A DNA stretch of 60,522 nucleotides, the filler included. It is 5 parts of 5 records of this genome, joined end to end, with 100 filler letters (N's around TTAATTAATTAA, not from the genome) between each part and the next. Parts side by side here need not be neighbours in the genome. Positions count along the whole stretch, not along the records: positions 43,029 to 53,484 come from SRR31156797_5652; positions 53,585 to 60,522 come from SRR31156797_5655; 3 more parts are not named here. One strand, written 5' to 3'. A model generated the notes under the pieces. It was not told the DNA's origin, ran no database searches, and worked only from the letters and a program-made list of their open reading frames with translations. The position numbers and the translations under genes are program-made. Positions 50,350 through 59,500 of the stretch are shown piece after piece. Positions within the stretch are counted from its first letter, which is position 1, and every line of letters begins with the position of its first letter.

Positions 50350-51158
50350 TACTGCCCTCCTCTCCTCGGCAATACGAATTCCGCATAGGGGACATTCAGC
50401 ACAACCGGGTGACTCACACGATGCCCGACATATCCTCCTTCGCCATAACACGTCCCATGGTCAGAGCAGATCACACACAGGCAATCTCCCCGCTGCTGCA
50501 ACACCCGGAACAAGGTATCCAGATGTGTATCGACATACGCCAATGCATTGGCCTGGGTTTGCGGGGAATCGTCGCTGGCATCGTCCGTAAAAATGCAGTT
50601 CGGTTGATGAAGGGCCGAAATATTGACGAAGAGAAACACACGCTGCTGGTCAAGCTGCTGCAATCGCTGAACGGCACATTCAACCTGCTTTTCCGTTGAG
50701 TCCGGGCTGGTCACCCCAATCTCTTGCGACCAGTAGCTTTCCTGGAACAATCCGGGGAGAACGCACGAGAGAGGGTTCCGCTTGCTGAAAAAACCGGTTC
50801 CGCCAATGCAGATCGTCCGGTATCCCCGATCTGCCATTCCGCTGACGATGTCTGTTGAATCGAACGTCGCGGTGTTCGGCGTAGTGGTCTCACTGCCTTT
50901 GAACTCTGCGGCAAAAAGCCTGGGATGGTTTCCGGGCTCGACAGGAGTTGGTAGAAAACCGCCGAAAAACGCATGGTGGGCCGCATACGTGAATGTTGAG
51001 GGTGAATGACGCAGCTCCCACTTTCCACCCGGCACTACCCGTTCGAGATTTGGCGTCAGCCCGGATTCCATCGCCTGCTGTGCGACATCATATCGAAGCG
51101 TATCCAGGGTGACGAAAAGAATGTCATGTGAACCGATCATATCACGAGCAGGCAGCAT
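50349..51158 (-). CDS. STM4013/SEN3800-family hydrolase (alkaline phosphatase/sulfatase superfamily)
   Basis: VTLDTLRYD, HSPSTFTYAAH, ALHQP and SDHG..YGE.G..GH motifs; probable start 51158 with GGAGG. Confidence 0.85.
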   Translation of the reverse strand: MLPARDMIGSHDILFVTLDTLRYDVAQQAMESGLTPNLERVVPGGKWELRHSPSTFTYAAHHAFFGGFLPTPVEPGNHPRLFAAEFKGSETTTPNTATFDSTDIVSGMADRGYRTICIGGTGFFSKRNPLSCVLPGLFQESYWSQEIGVTSPDSTEKQVECAVQRLQQLDQQRVFLFVNISALHQPNCIFTDDASDDSPQTQANALAYVDTHLDTLFRVLQQRGDCLCVICSDHGTCYGEGGYVGHRVSHPVVLNVPYAEFVLPRRGGQ

Positions 51159-51768
51159 GAGACACCTCCAATACCTCATCAAGGTGTTCGATCACGAAGT
51201 CTACTTCGCAAGGCAAACAATCCATCGGCCTTCCATGTGAAAGCCAGCATGTGTGCAACCCTGCACGAGATGCCCCCAGCATGTCGTCTACCGGATCATC
51301 TCCAACGAACAGAACATCACTGCCCGGAAGATCCAGTTGCTGCAATGCATATTCGAAAATCCGCACATCGGGTTTCCGGAATCCCACGGCTGACGAGATA
51401 ACAACCGGAAATACATTTTCATCTCCCAGACAGCGTCTGAGCTTTTCCCGTTGTGCACGCTCCCGGCCATTCGTAATCACGCCAGCCCGCATGCGATGGG
51501 TGATTTCCCGAACCACTCTTCGTGATTCGAAGCAGGACTCAACGCATTGAGCGATTCCAAATGAATACTCTTTTCCAGGGACATCAACACCGGAAATGGA
51601 GTCGAGGAAAGCAACGATGGCTTCCCAGCCCTCTTCCGCAACCTGGCGAATCGTGGAGTCATCCGGTTTCAGACCCGCAGTACGGGTAACGTCCTGCAGG
51701 TACCGGACCCGCGCGAACACGATATCGCACAACGTGTTATCCAGATCAAACAACACAGCCTTGAACAA
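51142..51768 (-). CDS. HAD-superfamily hydrolase
   Basis: FDLDNTL, ITNG, KPD and VGDDPVDD motifs; TTG start; overlaps both neighbours. Confidence 0.9.
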   Translation of the reverse strand: MFKAVLFDLDNTLCDIVFARVRYLQDVTRTAGLKPDDSTIRQVAEEGWEAIVAFLDSISGVDVPGKEYSFGIAQCVESCFESRRVVREITHRMRAGVITNGRERAQREKLRRCLGDENVFPVVISSAVGFRKPDVRIFEYALQQLDLPGSDVLFVGDDPVDDMLGASRAGLHTCWLSHGRPMDCLPCEVDFVIEHLDEVLEVSHAACS

Positions 51769-52972
51769 GATTTACCTCGACATTCCTGCCAGACAGTATG
51801 GCTACCTGTAATTCGTAAGGATCCAAATCCGCAAACCGACAGTCGCGCAAGAAATCTCCAAATGCGTTCGCTTCCAGCACCCAGTGTTTGCGTCCACATG
51901 AGCTGATCGCAAGATCAACAGCAACATGAAGACTGCGGCTGAACAAGCTGCCCACACATCTGCATGTTTGAAGCACAGCATTCCAGTTTTCTTCGTCGAC
52001 CCGATGCCGAACACTTTCAAAGCCTGCCCTGCGATTCCCGAGGTGCAGATTGGTAATGGCTGTATCACTCAAGCGGACGACCGTATGGGCGGGCTGCCCG
52101 GAAACGATCAGGATTCGCAGATCGAATCGTTTGTCTCCGGTTCCCGCCTTGGGTACCCATCGCTCGACTTGAACACCCTGCAGGCATAATGCATCGATGA
52201 TCGCTGCAACTTCGATATGATCCCGAATGCGGCGAATGCGGCGGGAGTTGAAGAGCTGGAGCGAGCCGCTGACAACTTCCGCCTCCACCGTCGTCCATGC
52301 CTGGATTCGGCCGCGACTGGTTTCCAAAGCAACAATCCCGGATGCCGCTGAACCATGTCGTAGTTTTACGAATACACGAAAACAACGACGCTGTTTCATC
52401 AAGGAGATCAGCTCTTCAAAGCAGCCGGGTTGTCCAAGGCTCAGTGGAACGGGAATGCCCGCTGACGCCAGGCGTTTGTGGCAGACAACCTTGTCGAACA
52501 ATGTGCGGATGTCATCCGGATGGCTGGTGAAACATGCTCCGTCCCCTCCTCCGCATGCTTGCTCGACATCGTTGAGGACTTCGCAGAAGCCGTGATACCA
52601 CTGACGCGTATTGAGGATAATTCCCTTCCGATGGCTGAGTTGATCCACAGCAATGGGAGAAACGCCTGCCCCGCTTTCGGCCGATACCCGGGGATAGCCA
52701 CGCTTGAGAATTCCCCGGAGAATATCCATCGAGCGTCCCGGACTCTCGATGCGTATCAGCGATCCCGGCTCTACCCGGGTTTTCAGCATCGCAGGTTCCG
52801 CCAGGAGTTCCAGGTATGAAATCACCTCTGGTTCCGGAAGTCCAAACGCCTTGGACGCCTTGCGATAGAATCCAGTCCTTGGATCATCAGGATCCGCAAT
52901 CAAAGCGAGAGGAGTATCCGGGCAGCAGCCCCAGGCACTACTCTGAAACCGCGATATACCGGAATGATTCAC
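51746..52972 (-). CDS. STM4014-family ATP-grasp-like protein (start uncertain)
   Basis: IRIESPG, FDK, FVKLRHGSAASG, VERWVPK, FDLRI, ITNLHLG and LEANAFGD motifs. Confidence 0.82.
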   Translation of the reverse strand: MNHSGISRFQSSAWGCCPDTPLALIADPDDPRTGFYRKASKAFGLPEPEVISYLELLAEPAMLKTRVEPGSLIRIESPGRSMDILRGILKRGYPRVSAESGAGVSPIAVDQLSHRKGIILNTRQWYHGFCEVLNDVEQACGGGDGACFTSHPDDIRTLFDKVVCHKRLASAGIPVPLSLGQPGCFEELISLMKQRRCFRVFVKLRHGSAASGIVALETSRGRIQAWTTVEAEVVSGSLQLFNSRRIRRIRDHIEVAAIIDALCLQGVQVERWVPKAGTGDKRFDLRILIVSGQPAHTVVRLSDTAITNLHLGNRRAGFESVRHRVDEENWNAVLQTCRCVGSLFSRSLHVAVDLAISSCGRKHWVLEANAFGDFLRDCRFADLDPYELQVAILSGRNVEVNLVQGCVV

Positions 52973-53484
52973 CGTCGTACTCATCAGGTTGTTCCTGCCC
53001 ACTCAAGTCAACGTCTATTCCAAGATTCCGCATGTTCTCAAGCATTGGATCCGTCATGAAATGATGATGAAGATCCAGCCTGGTCAGATTGGGAATCCGC
53101 GATGAAGCCAACAGTGCCTCGGCCCCCTCATCCCCAAGGTTCCCCAGAGACAGGTCGAGTTCCTTGATGCGATCGAGTATCGGTGCATCTGCAACAACCT
53201 TCGCAACGGCATCGGCTTCGCAACTGTTCCGCAAGCCGAGAACCTTCAGGTTCGGAAAAAGGGTCCCGGAAAGAATTGGTTGTAGATCATCGACCGAACT
53301 TTCCCACCCGTAACCATCATCACCCAGCCATAACTCGAGATGCTCAAGCTGCGGCAGATCCGCCTCGCAGACTTCCTTCAGTACATTGGCAGGTAGTCCG
53401 CCCGTTTCGATAATCAGTGTTTTCAAACGATCGGACTTCAGGGTTCCCAGCGAAAGATTCTCCATACCCCGAACGCGAAACATT
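52938..53484 (-). CDS. STM4015-family LRR protein (5'-truncated)
   Basis: LEHLELWLG, FPNLKVLGLRN, LDLSLGNL and LDLHHHF repeats; terminal RYIAVSE. Confidence 0.85.
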
Positions 53485-53584
53485 NNNNNNNNNNNNNNNN
53501 NNNNNNNNNNNNNNNNNNNNNNNNNNNNTTAATTAATTAANNNNNNNNNNNNNNNNNNNNNNNNNNNNNNNNNNNNNNNNNNNN
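53485..53584. other. Artificial contig spacer
   Basis: N44-TTAATTAATTAA-N44. Confidence 0.99.
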
Positions 53585-55465
53585 GCAGCGGGATGGCCGG
53601 ATTTCAAAAACAGCAAAACCATTCTTGTCTGGGGTCATAATCCCAAAGCCACGATGAATGCGTTCAACTGGCAGATAAAAGCCGCACGGAAGAATGGGGC
53701 CAGGGTCATTGTGGTTGATCCCCGGTTGACGGATTCTGCCGCCAGGGCGGATATCTGGCTCCAGGTCAAACCGGGGACCGACGGAGCCCTGGCCCTGGGC
53801 ATGATTCATCTTATGCTGAAGCATGAACGCTATGATGACGGCTTTGTACGAAACTGGACCAATGCCCCTTTACTGGTAAGAAACGATACCGGAGATTTGC
53901 TCCGGGGCCCCCTGGGTGAGTCTTCCGGGGAGAACCGGGATATGCTCTACGTGGTGAATGGGGTGAGCAAAACGCCTGTCCCCTGGACACCCGGATCAAA
54001 ATTGGATTGCGTCCCCTGCCTAGAGTGGAGCGGGGAGATTAAACTGGCCGACAAAAAGCGTGTTGGATGTAAAACGGTATTTTCACTGCTCAAAGAAGCG
54101 GTGGCAAGGTATACGCCTGAATTTGTCCGGGCCCATACATCCGTTTCCGGCGAGCTTCTGGAAAAAACGGTCCGCATGATGGCGGATAACGGACCATCAT
54201 GCTGGTTTTCATTTAACGGTGTGGAACAAAACCTGAATGCCACCCAGACCAACCGGGCTTTATGTACGTTTTACGCACTTACCGGGGACTATGACAAAAA
54301 AGGCGGCAATGCGGTTCATTCCCCTGTCCCCCCCCTGGCCTTTCCTTTTGGTTTTGAGTTTGTAACGCCGGAAATGTTCCAAAAAAATATTGCCTTATCC
54401 GCCCATCCGTTAGGACCGGCCGGGACGATTATGTCCGTTCCCCACTACCTGATATGCAAGGCCATTGAAGAGGCGAACCCCTATCCGGTAAAAGGACTCA
54501 TCGTGTTTGGGGCAAACACGGTTTCAGCCCATCCGGACAGCAGAATGACGGCAAACGCGTTTAAGAAACTGGAGTTTCACGTTCATATTGACCTCACCCT
54601 TAATCCCACTGCGGCATTGGCCGATATTGTCCTGCCGTCAACAACTTTCTGGGAGACAGGCCGTATCGGATATCCCCTTGAATTTCAGGAAAATAAATGG
54701 GTATTGCAGTGGCGTGAACCCGCGGCCGCGCCACGGGGTGAAAGCAAAGACGAGTTGTGGATCATTCTCGAGCTTGCCAAACGCCTGGGGGTCTCTGAAA
54801 AATTCTGGGGCGGAAACCTTGATACCGCGTTTGAAAGCATGTTGGAACCACTAAACATCAAGCTGGAAGATTTAAAAAGCGCTGACGGCGGAATCTTTAT
54901 CCAAAGGCCCTTTGAGTATCAAAAATACAAGAAGAACGGCTTCGGGAATATGTCCGGCCGTGTGGAACTGTTCTCCCAGCTTTTAAAGGATATCGGGCAG
55001 GCCCCCATTCCGGAATGGAAAAACCCCTATGAGATTTTCCGTAAGGCCGGAATCGATACATCCGAATATCCGTTTATTCTTATCAATTCAAAACTGCGCG
55101 GGTTTTGCCAGTCCCAGCACAGGGCCATCCCATCCCTGAGGAAACAACATCCCCATCCGTTTTTGGAAATCAATCGAAAAAAGGCAAAAGAGATGGGCAT
55201 CGTCCAGGGAGAGCCCGTCATTCTGGAAACCGTGCATGGCAACATAACGCTGGCGGCCCGGCTGAGCGACGGTATTGCCCCGGATGTCGTCTGCACCCAG
55301 CACGGGTGGTGGGAGGCCTGCCCGGAACTGGGCCTGCCCGGCCATGACATTTACTCATCCAAGGGCCCGAATGTAAACCTTTTGTACAAGAACGATTTTG
55401 TGGATCCCATCAGCGGCTCCGTTCATATGCGGGGATTTCCCTGCAATATCAAAAGACATGGATGA
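53585..55465 (+). CDS. Molybdopterin (bis-MGD) oxidoreductase catalytic subunit (5'-truncated)
   Basis: Frame open from the contig edge (DFKNSKTILVWGHNP); VVDPR, PGTDGALA and ADIVLP motifs; C-terminal dinucleotide-binding domain. Confidence 0.9.
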   Translation, partial: AAGWPDFKNSKTILVWGHNPKATMNAFNWQIKAARKNGARVIVVDPRLTDSAARADIWLQVKPGTDGALALGMIHLMLKHERYDDGFVRNWTNAPLLVRNDTGDLLRGPLGESSGENRDMLYVVNGVSKTPVPWTPGSKLDCVPCLEWSGEIKLADKKRVGCKTVFSLLKEAVARYTPEFVRAHTSVSGELLEKTVRMMADNGPSCWFSFNGVEQNLNATQTNRALCTFYALTGDYDKKGGNAVHSPVPPLAFPFGFEFVTPEMFQKNIALSAHPLGPAGTIMSVPHYLICKAIEEANPYPVKGLIVFGANTVSAHPDSRMTANAFKKLEFHVHIDLTLNPTAALADIVLPSTTFWETGRIGYPLEFQENKWVLQWREPAAAPRGESKDELWIILELAKRLGVSEKFWGGNLDTAFESMLEPLNIKLEDLKSADGGIFIQRPFEYQKYKKNGFGNMSGRVELFSQLLKDIGQAPIPEWKNPYEIFRKAGIDTSEYPFILINSKLRGFCQSQHRAIPSLRKQHPHPFLEINRKKAKEMGIVQGEPVILETVHGNITLAARLSDGIAPDVVCTQHGWWEACPELGLPGHDIYSSKGPNVNLLYKNDFVDPISGSVHMRGFPCNIKRHG

Positions 55466-55490
55466 TTGTCGTTATTATGATGGGGGGGCG

Positions 55491-56519
55491 CTACTTCTCA
55501 TATCTTTTAATCAAGCTGCATGGGGTATACTCGATTTCCATGTCGCGTCTTTCTCCCTTGAACGCCAGTAGTCCACCCTTTGAAATAAGACTGGATTTGA
55601 TAATAAGTTTCCTGAGGGATTGAAAATGTCTGAGTTCCATCAATCCGGCATCGGTTACCCAGGTGCTCGACAGGTGAAGTTCTCTGAGCTTTTTGAGCTT
55701 CCGGAGATATGGGAAGCCCACACCGGTAACCATGTTGTTGTTCAAGGACAGGGAACGAAGATCTCCCAGTCCCGCCAAAAAACGGAAACCATCGTCCGTC
55801 ACCATCGTCTGGGAGAGGTTCAACCGCTCAAGCCGGGACAGGTTTTCAAGATACCCTGTCCCTTCGTCGGTGATGGCGGTCCTCGCCAGTTTAAGGGAAC
55901 GGATATCGGGAAATGCCTTTAGCACCTTCAAATCCGGATCTTCCATGCCGGTGTTGGACAGTTGAAGTTCCTGGATCGGAATGCCGGTATCCAGGAACTT
56001 CAGGTCGCTGCCCGTGATTTTCGTACTGTTCAATAATAACCTGTTGAGTGAATGAAATCCCTTGATTCCGGCAAGCCCCTTGGCGGTGATATCCGAATTC
56101 GAAAGGCTTAGCGTCTTCATCGATGTAAGGTTTTTTATAAAAACCAATAGGGAGTCCGTGTTCTTCATGTGCGTAAACCGCAATTCCTGAATATCGTTGG
56201 GCCGAAGGCATGCGAGTCCTTCCAGCCCCCTGCCGGACGTACTTTTTGCGCCGGAATTGAGTAATACATCGTATCCCCGGGGGATCTCCACGATCCCCCG
56301 GGCAGTGTAATCGCCTCCTGACCAAGGCTCGGAATCGTTTGCCGTTGATTGCCTAATTCGAAGGGTTCCCAAATTATGGCCGCAGGGAAAGTGGATTTCT
56401 TTTTTCCCTGGGAGTATCCTGCCGGATACTGCGGACGCGACCGCTCCGGATCGGGACATAAGGAAGAATGGCGCAGACAGAATGGATATGATGGCTTTCC
56501 GCCGGCTAAGGTTTACCAT
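55491..56519 (-). CDS. Leucine-rich-repeat protein with twin-arginine signal
   Basis: MVNLSRRKAIISIL...AVASA; about 9 LxxLxLxxTxITDxG 24-aa repeats; AGGAG before ATG 56519. Confidence 0.85.
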   Translation of the reverse strand: MVNLSRRKAIISILSAPFFLMSRSGAVASAVSGRILPGKKEIHFPCGHNLGTLRIRQSTANDSEPWSGGDYTARGIVEIPRGYDVLLNSGAKSTSGRGLEGLACLRPNDIQELRFTHMKNTDSLLVFIKNLTSMKTLSLSNSDITAKGLAGIKGFHSLNRLLLNSTKITGSDLKFLDTGIPIQELQLSNTGMEDPDLKVLKAFPDIRSLKLARTAITDEGTGYLENLSRLERLNLSQTMVTDDGFRFLAGLGDLRSLSLNNNMVTGVGFPYLRKLKKLRELHLSSTWVTDAGLMELRHFQSLRKLIIKSSLISKGGLLAFKGERRDMEIEYTPCSLIKRYEK

Positions 56520-56585
56520 GAAGGGACTCCTCATTTATACGGTCTGTTTATTAAGTGTTCAAACTCAGTTTGCGGCAGTCCGGTT

Positions 56586-59500
56586 CTATCCGGATTCCGG
56601 CGGCTGTGGCGCCTGGCCGGTTCTGCGTTCGAGAGCAATATTTATCTTTACGATCGCCTGGCGCGCCATTTTGCGAACCTTCCTGTTTTCATGCCGGGTA
56701 CAGGCCTCCAGCCGTCCCAGCCCCTCTTTTGCCTCTGGGCCAATGGAACCGAGTGCCCTTATGACAGCTTTTCGTGCCGCCATATCCCCCCGGTCATAAA
56801 ACTTTAAAAGCGAAGGAATAGCTGGGGCGGCATTTTCTTTCAATGACGCAATGACACTGACAATGTCCGTTCCCATATCCTTGTCCCCGGCTTCAAGGAC
56901 CTGTACCAAAGGCCGGAGCGCCGAGGGAGGCAGCGGCGTCACCTTGATCGCCCTTAACGCCTCGATTCTAACCATGCGCTCCCCATCGAACAGGGCGTCC
57001 AGAAGCAAATTGACCGGAAGGTCGATCTGCTTCCTGTAGTATTTCAGGAGTTTAACAGACAGCCACCGGTTGTACCATGATGCATCCTTGATCGTTTCCC
57101 AAAGGGGCTGCTCGAACACATTGGCAATGGTCTGAAGCGATATCACTTTCGAGAGCGCTTCCATGTCCAAATCCTTTATCCAGAACCGCTGGATGCCGTT
57201 TTCCCCGGCAAGCATTTTTGATATGGAGAACAACCTTTCCAAACCAATGCGGCGAACTACCGGCCGGGGACTCTTCAGGTCTGCGAGCAGCCCCTCCGTC
57301 ACGCTAGTGTATAAGGCGGCAAGCGCCCTTTTTTCCTTCCGGCGTTCGGCTTCCTTCTCACGAAGTTCGGCTTCCTTTTCCCACGTTCCACTCAAGATCT
57401 GCCGCCAGGCCTTCGCCGCTGGGAATTGTTTGTTCCCGATCTCGCCGGCCTGGAAGACAATGGCGTTCACGGCCGCGCCCCCGGCGGAAGGTTCAGTTTC
57501 AGACGAACGGCCGTAGGGCAAAAGGTTCGCCTGCCAGTCAAGGGGCGCACTCTCTGAAGGGATTGCCGTGTCGGCGTCAACCCTGTAGCTCCCCTTGGCC
57601 ATGTTAAACCATACGCGCCCACCGGAACTCTGAATGTCGCTGACGGAATTCCTGCCGAAGTCGAACACGCTCAACGCATCCCCATCGATGCGAACTGCCA
57701 CACAAGAAGAATAGTTTTCCTTTTTAACACGCATCCATATTGATCCGCCGGCCCCATGGAGGCTTTCAACCCGGACGTTTTCCGCCGGTAAAATTTCGAC
57801 ACCCGAATTCCGGATATGATATGCGGGGCCGGCATGCCCCTCCTCCGTGCGGGTCGAGAACCAAACCTGGTTTCCGAAGCCGTAGATCTCTGAAACCAAG
57901 GCCTCCCTGGTCGGATAAGGAACGGTGCCACCGTCTTCCAGACGGTAGGCCGGGCCGGCGATGTCCCTGTATCCGTCGGCAGAGCGGGAAACGGTCTTCA
58001 TCCAGGTTTTTCCACCGATATCCGTAATGTCCCACGCCAGATCGCCGGGTGCCGGAAACAGCTCAGCCTTGTTATCCCGGATCCTGAAGAGAAGGTCGCG
58101 GTTCAAACCGTCGACCAGAAACCACAGGGCGTCCCCATGCTTTTCGAACCGGCCGCCCGGCAAATCACACCCTTCTATTTTAATGAATCGATCCCCCTCC
58201 TGGATGTACCCACCATGGTTTGTCGATAGGTACGCCCGGCCATCTATTTCCTGCACTTGTTTGACGATGATTTCATGGTCGAGGGCCGGAACGGCGTGAT
58301 AGCCTCCCGAACACCGGTAAAGAGGGCCGTTGGAGGCAAATAATTCATTGTCTTCCCGGGTTAAAAACCAAACGTGCCCGCCCGCTTTCTTAATTTCAAC
58401 GACATTCATGTACCCTGAGATTCTAACCGCTTTATCCTGCTCGACCCGGAAGGCGCCATCCTCTGTGGCCAGCCACAAGCGTTCGTCGATTTCGAAAATA
58501 TCGTTGACCCGTAAATCAGGGGGCGTCAACCGGGTGTAAGTCTCTCCCTCTGCGCAGTAAGCGCCATATTCCGTGGCCAGCCATGCTTTGTTTCCTTTCA
58601 GAAGGATGCGGTACACATTGGTATCTTTCGAAGGAAAGGGGATACAACGTTTCCCTATAATCCGGTAGGCCCTCCCGGACCCCAGGAACCCGCGTCTGAA
58701 TAACCAGAACTGGCCGGGTCCCTGCACGATTTCCGTGGTATTGAATCCAATGTCCGTTTCGCCGTCCGGATAGGGAATGGCGGTGCCGTTTTCAATGCGG
58801 TAGGCAGGGGGGCACGCCCCCGGTCGGACCAACCACTTTTCTCCGTCCACCAGCAGCTCTTTCCAGTCTTTGAATTCCCCGGGCTTGAGGGTGATCCCGG
58901 TTTCCGGATAGCGGACAGCGGGGGGAGAGAACAAAGTGCAGGGGAGACCCCTCAAGGCCACCCAGTCGATCTGGCTGTTCCTCTCAATGGTATCCACGTG
59001 AGTGGCATCGGTTTTCCAGACATTCACGGTCTGATCGTCAGAAATGGTCAGGAGGTGTTCATGATCTTTTGAAAAGCTCCCATAATGGACGAACTGGTTG
59101 CCATGTTTGAGTGTCTTGACATTGACGGGGCCCGTATCTAAAGCCTGCCAGAGTTGGACGCGCCCTTTTTCGCCCATGGTGAGAAAATATGGATTCCTCA
59201 GGGCGTGTGAAAAAACGGCATTGGACACTCCCCCGGAGGAGAGTTCCTTTGCAACGAGCTCCTCGCTTTCATCGAGGGTCAAAAAGAAGGCCTTGCCCGA
59301 TTCCAGAACGACAACGGCATATTTGCCGGAGGCATCTGTAACCGACCGGATAAGGGGATCGCCGGCCCATTCGCCCATGAAAGTGAGGGATTTTCCGGTT
59401 TTCGGGGCCACCAGCCATACGCCGCCGGTGCCGTCCCCTCCGATGATATAATCACCCAAATATCCTGCCACCGTATGTACCGGAGCCTTTGTAAAACGGC

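Noticed and set aside
52900-53002. Possible frameshift at the start of the STM4014-like gene (TAGTG-coupled 12-codon frame)
   Set aside because: In-frame ATG/GTG starts exist upstream within the LRR gene end, so no frameshift is required.
7571-53584. TTAATTAATTAA palindromes within N-runs, and any gene linkage across them
   Set aside because: Identical 100-bp artificial joins; genes are cut at each one and composition changes across most of them. For example, the STM4015-like LRR and the TIR/LRR pair are on different contigs.
53585-55465. Selenocysteine or a specific substrate assignment for the molybdoenzyme
   Set aside because: No in-frame TGA in the visible part, and the N-terminal region is missing, so the subfamily cannot be called.
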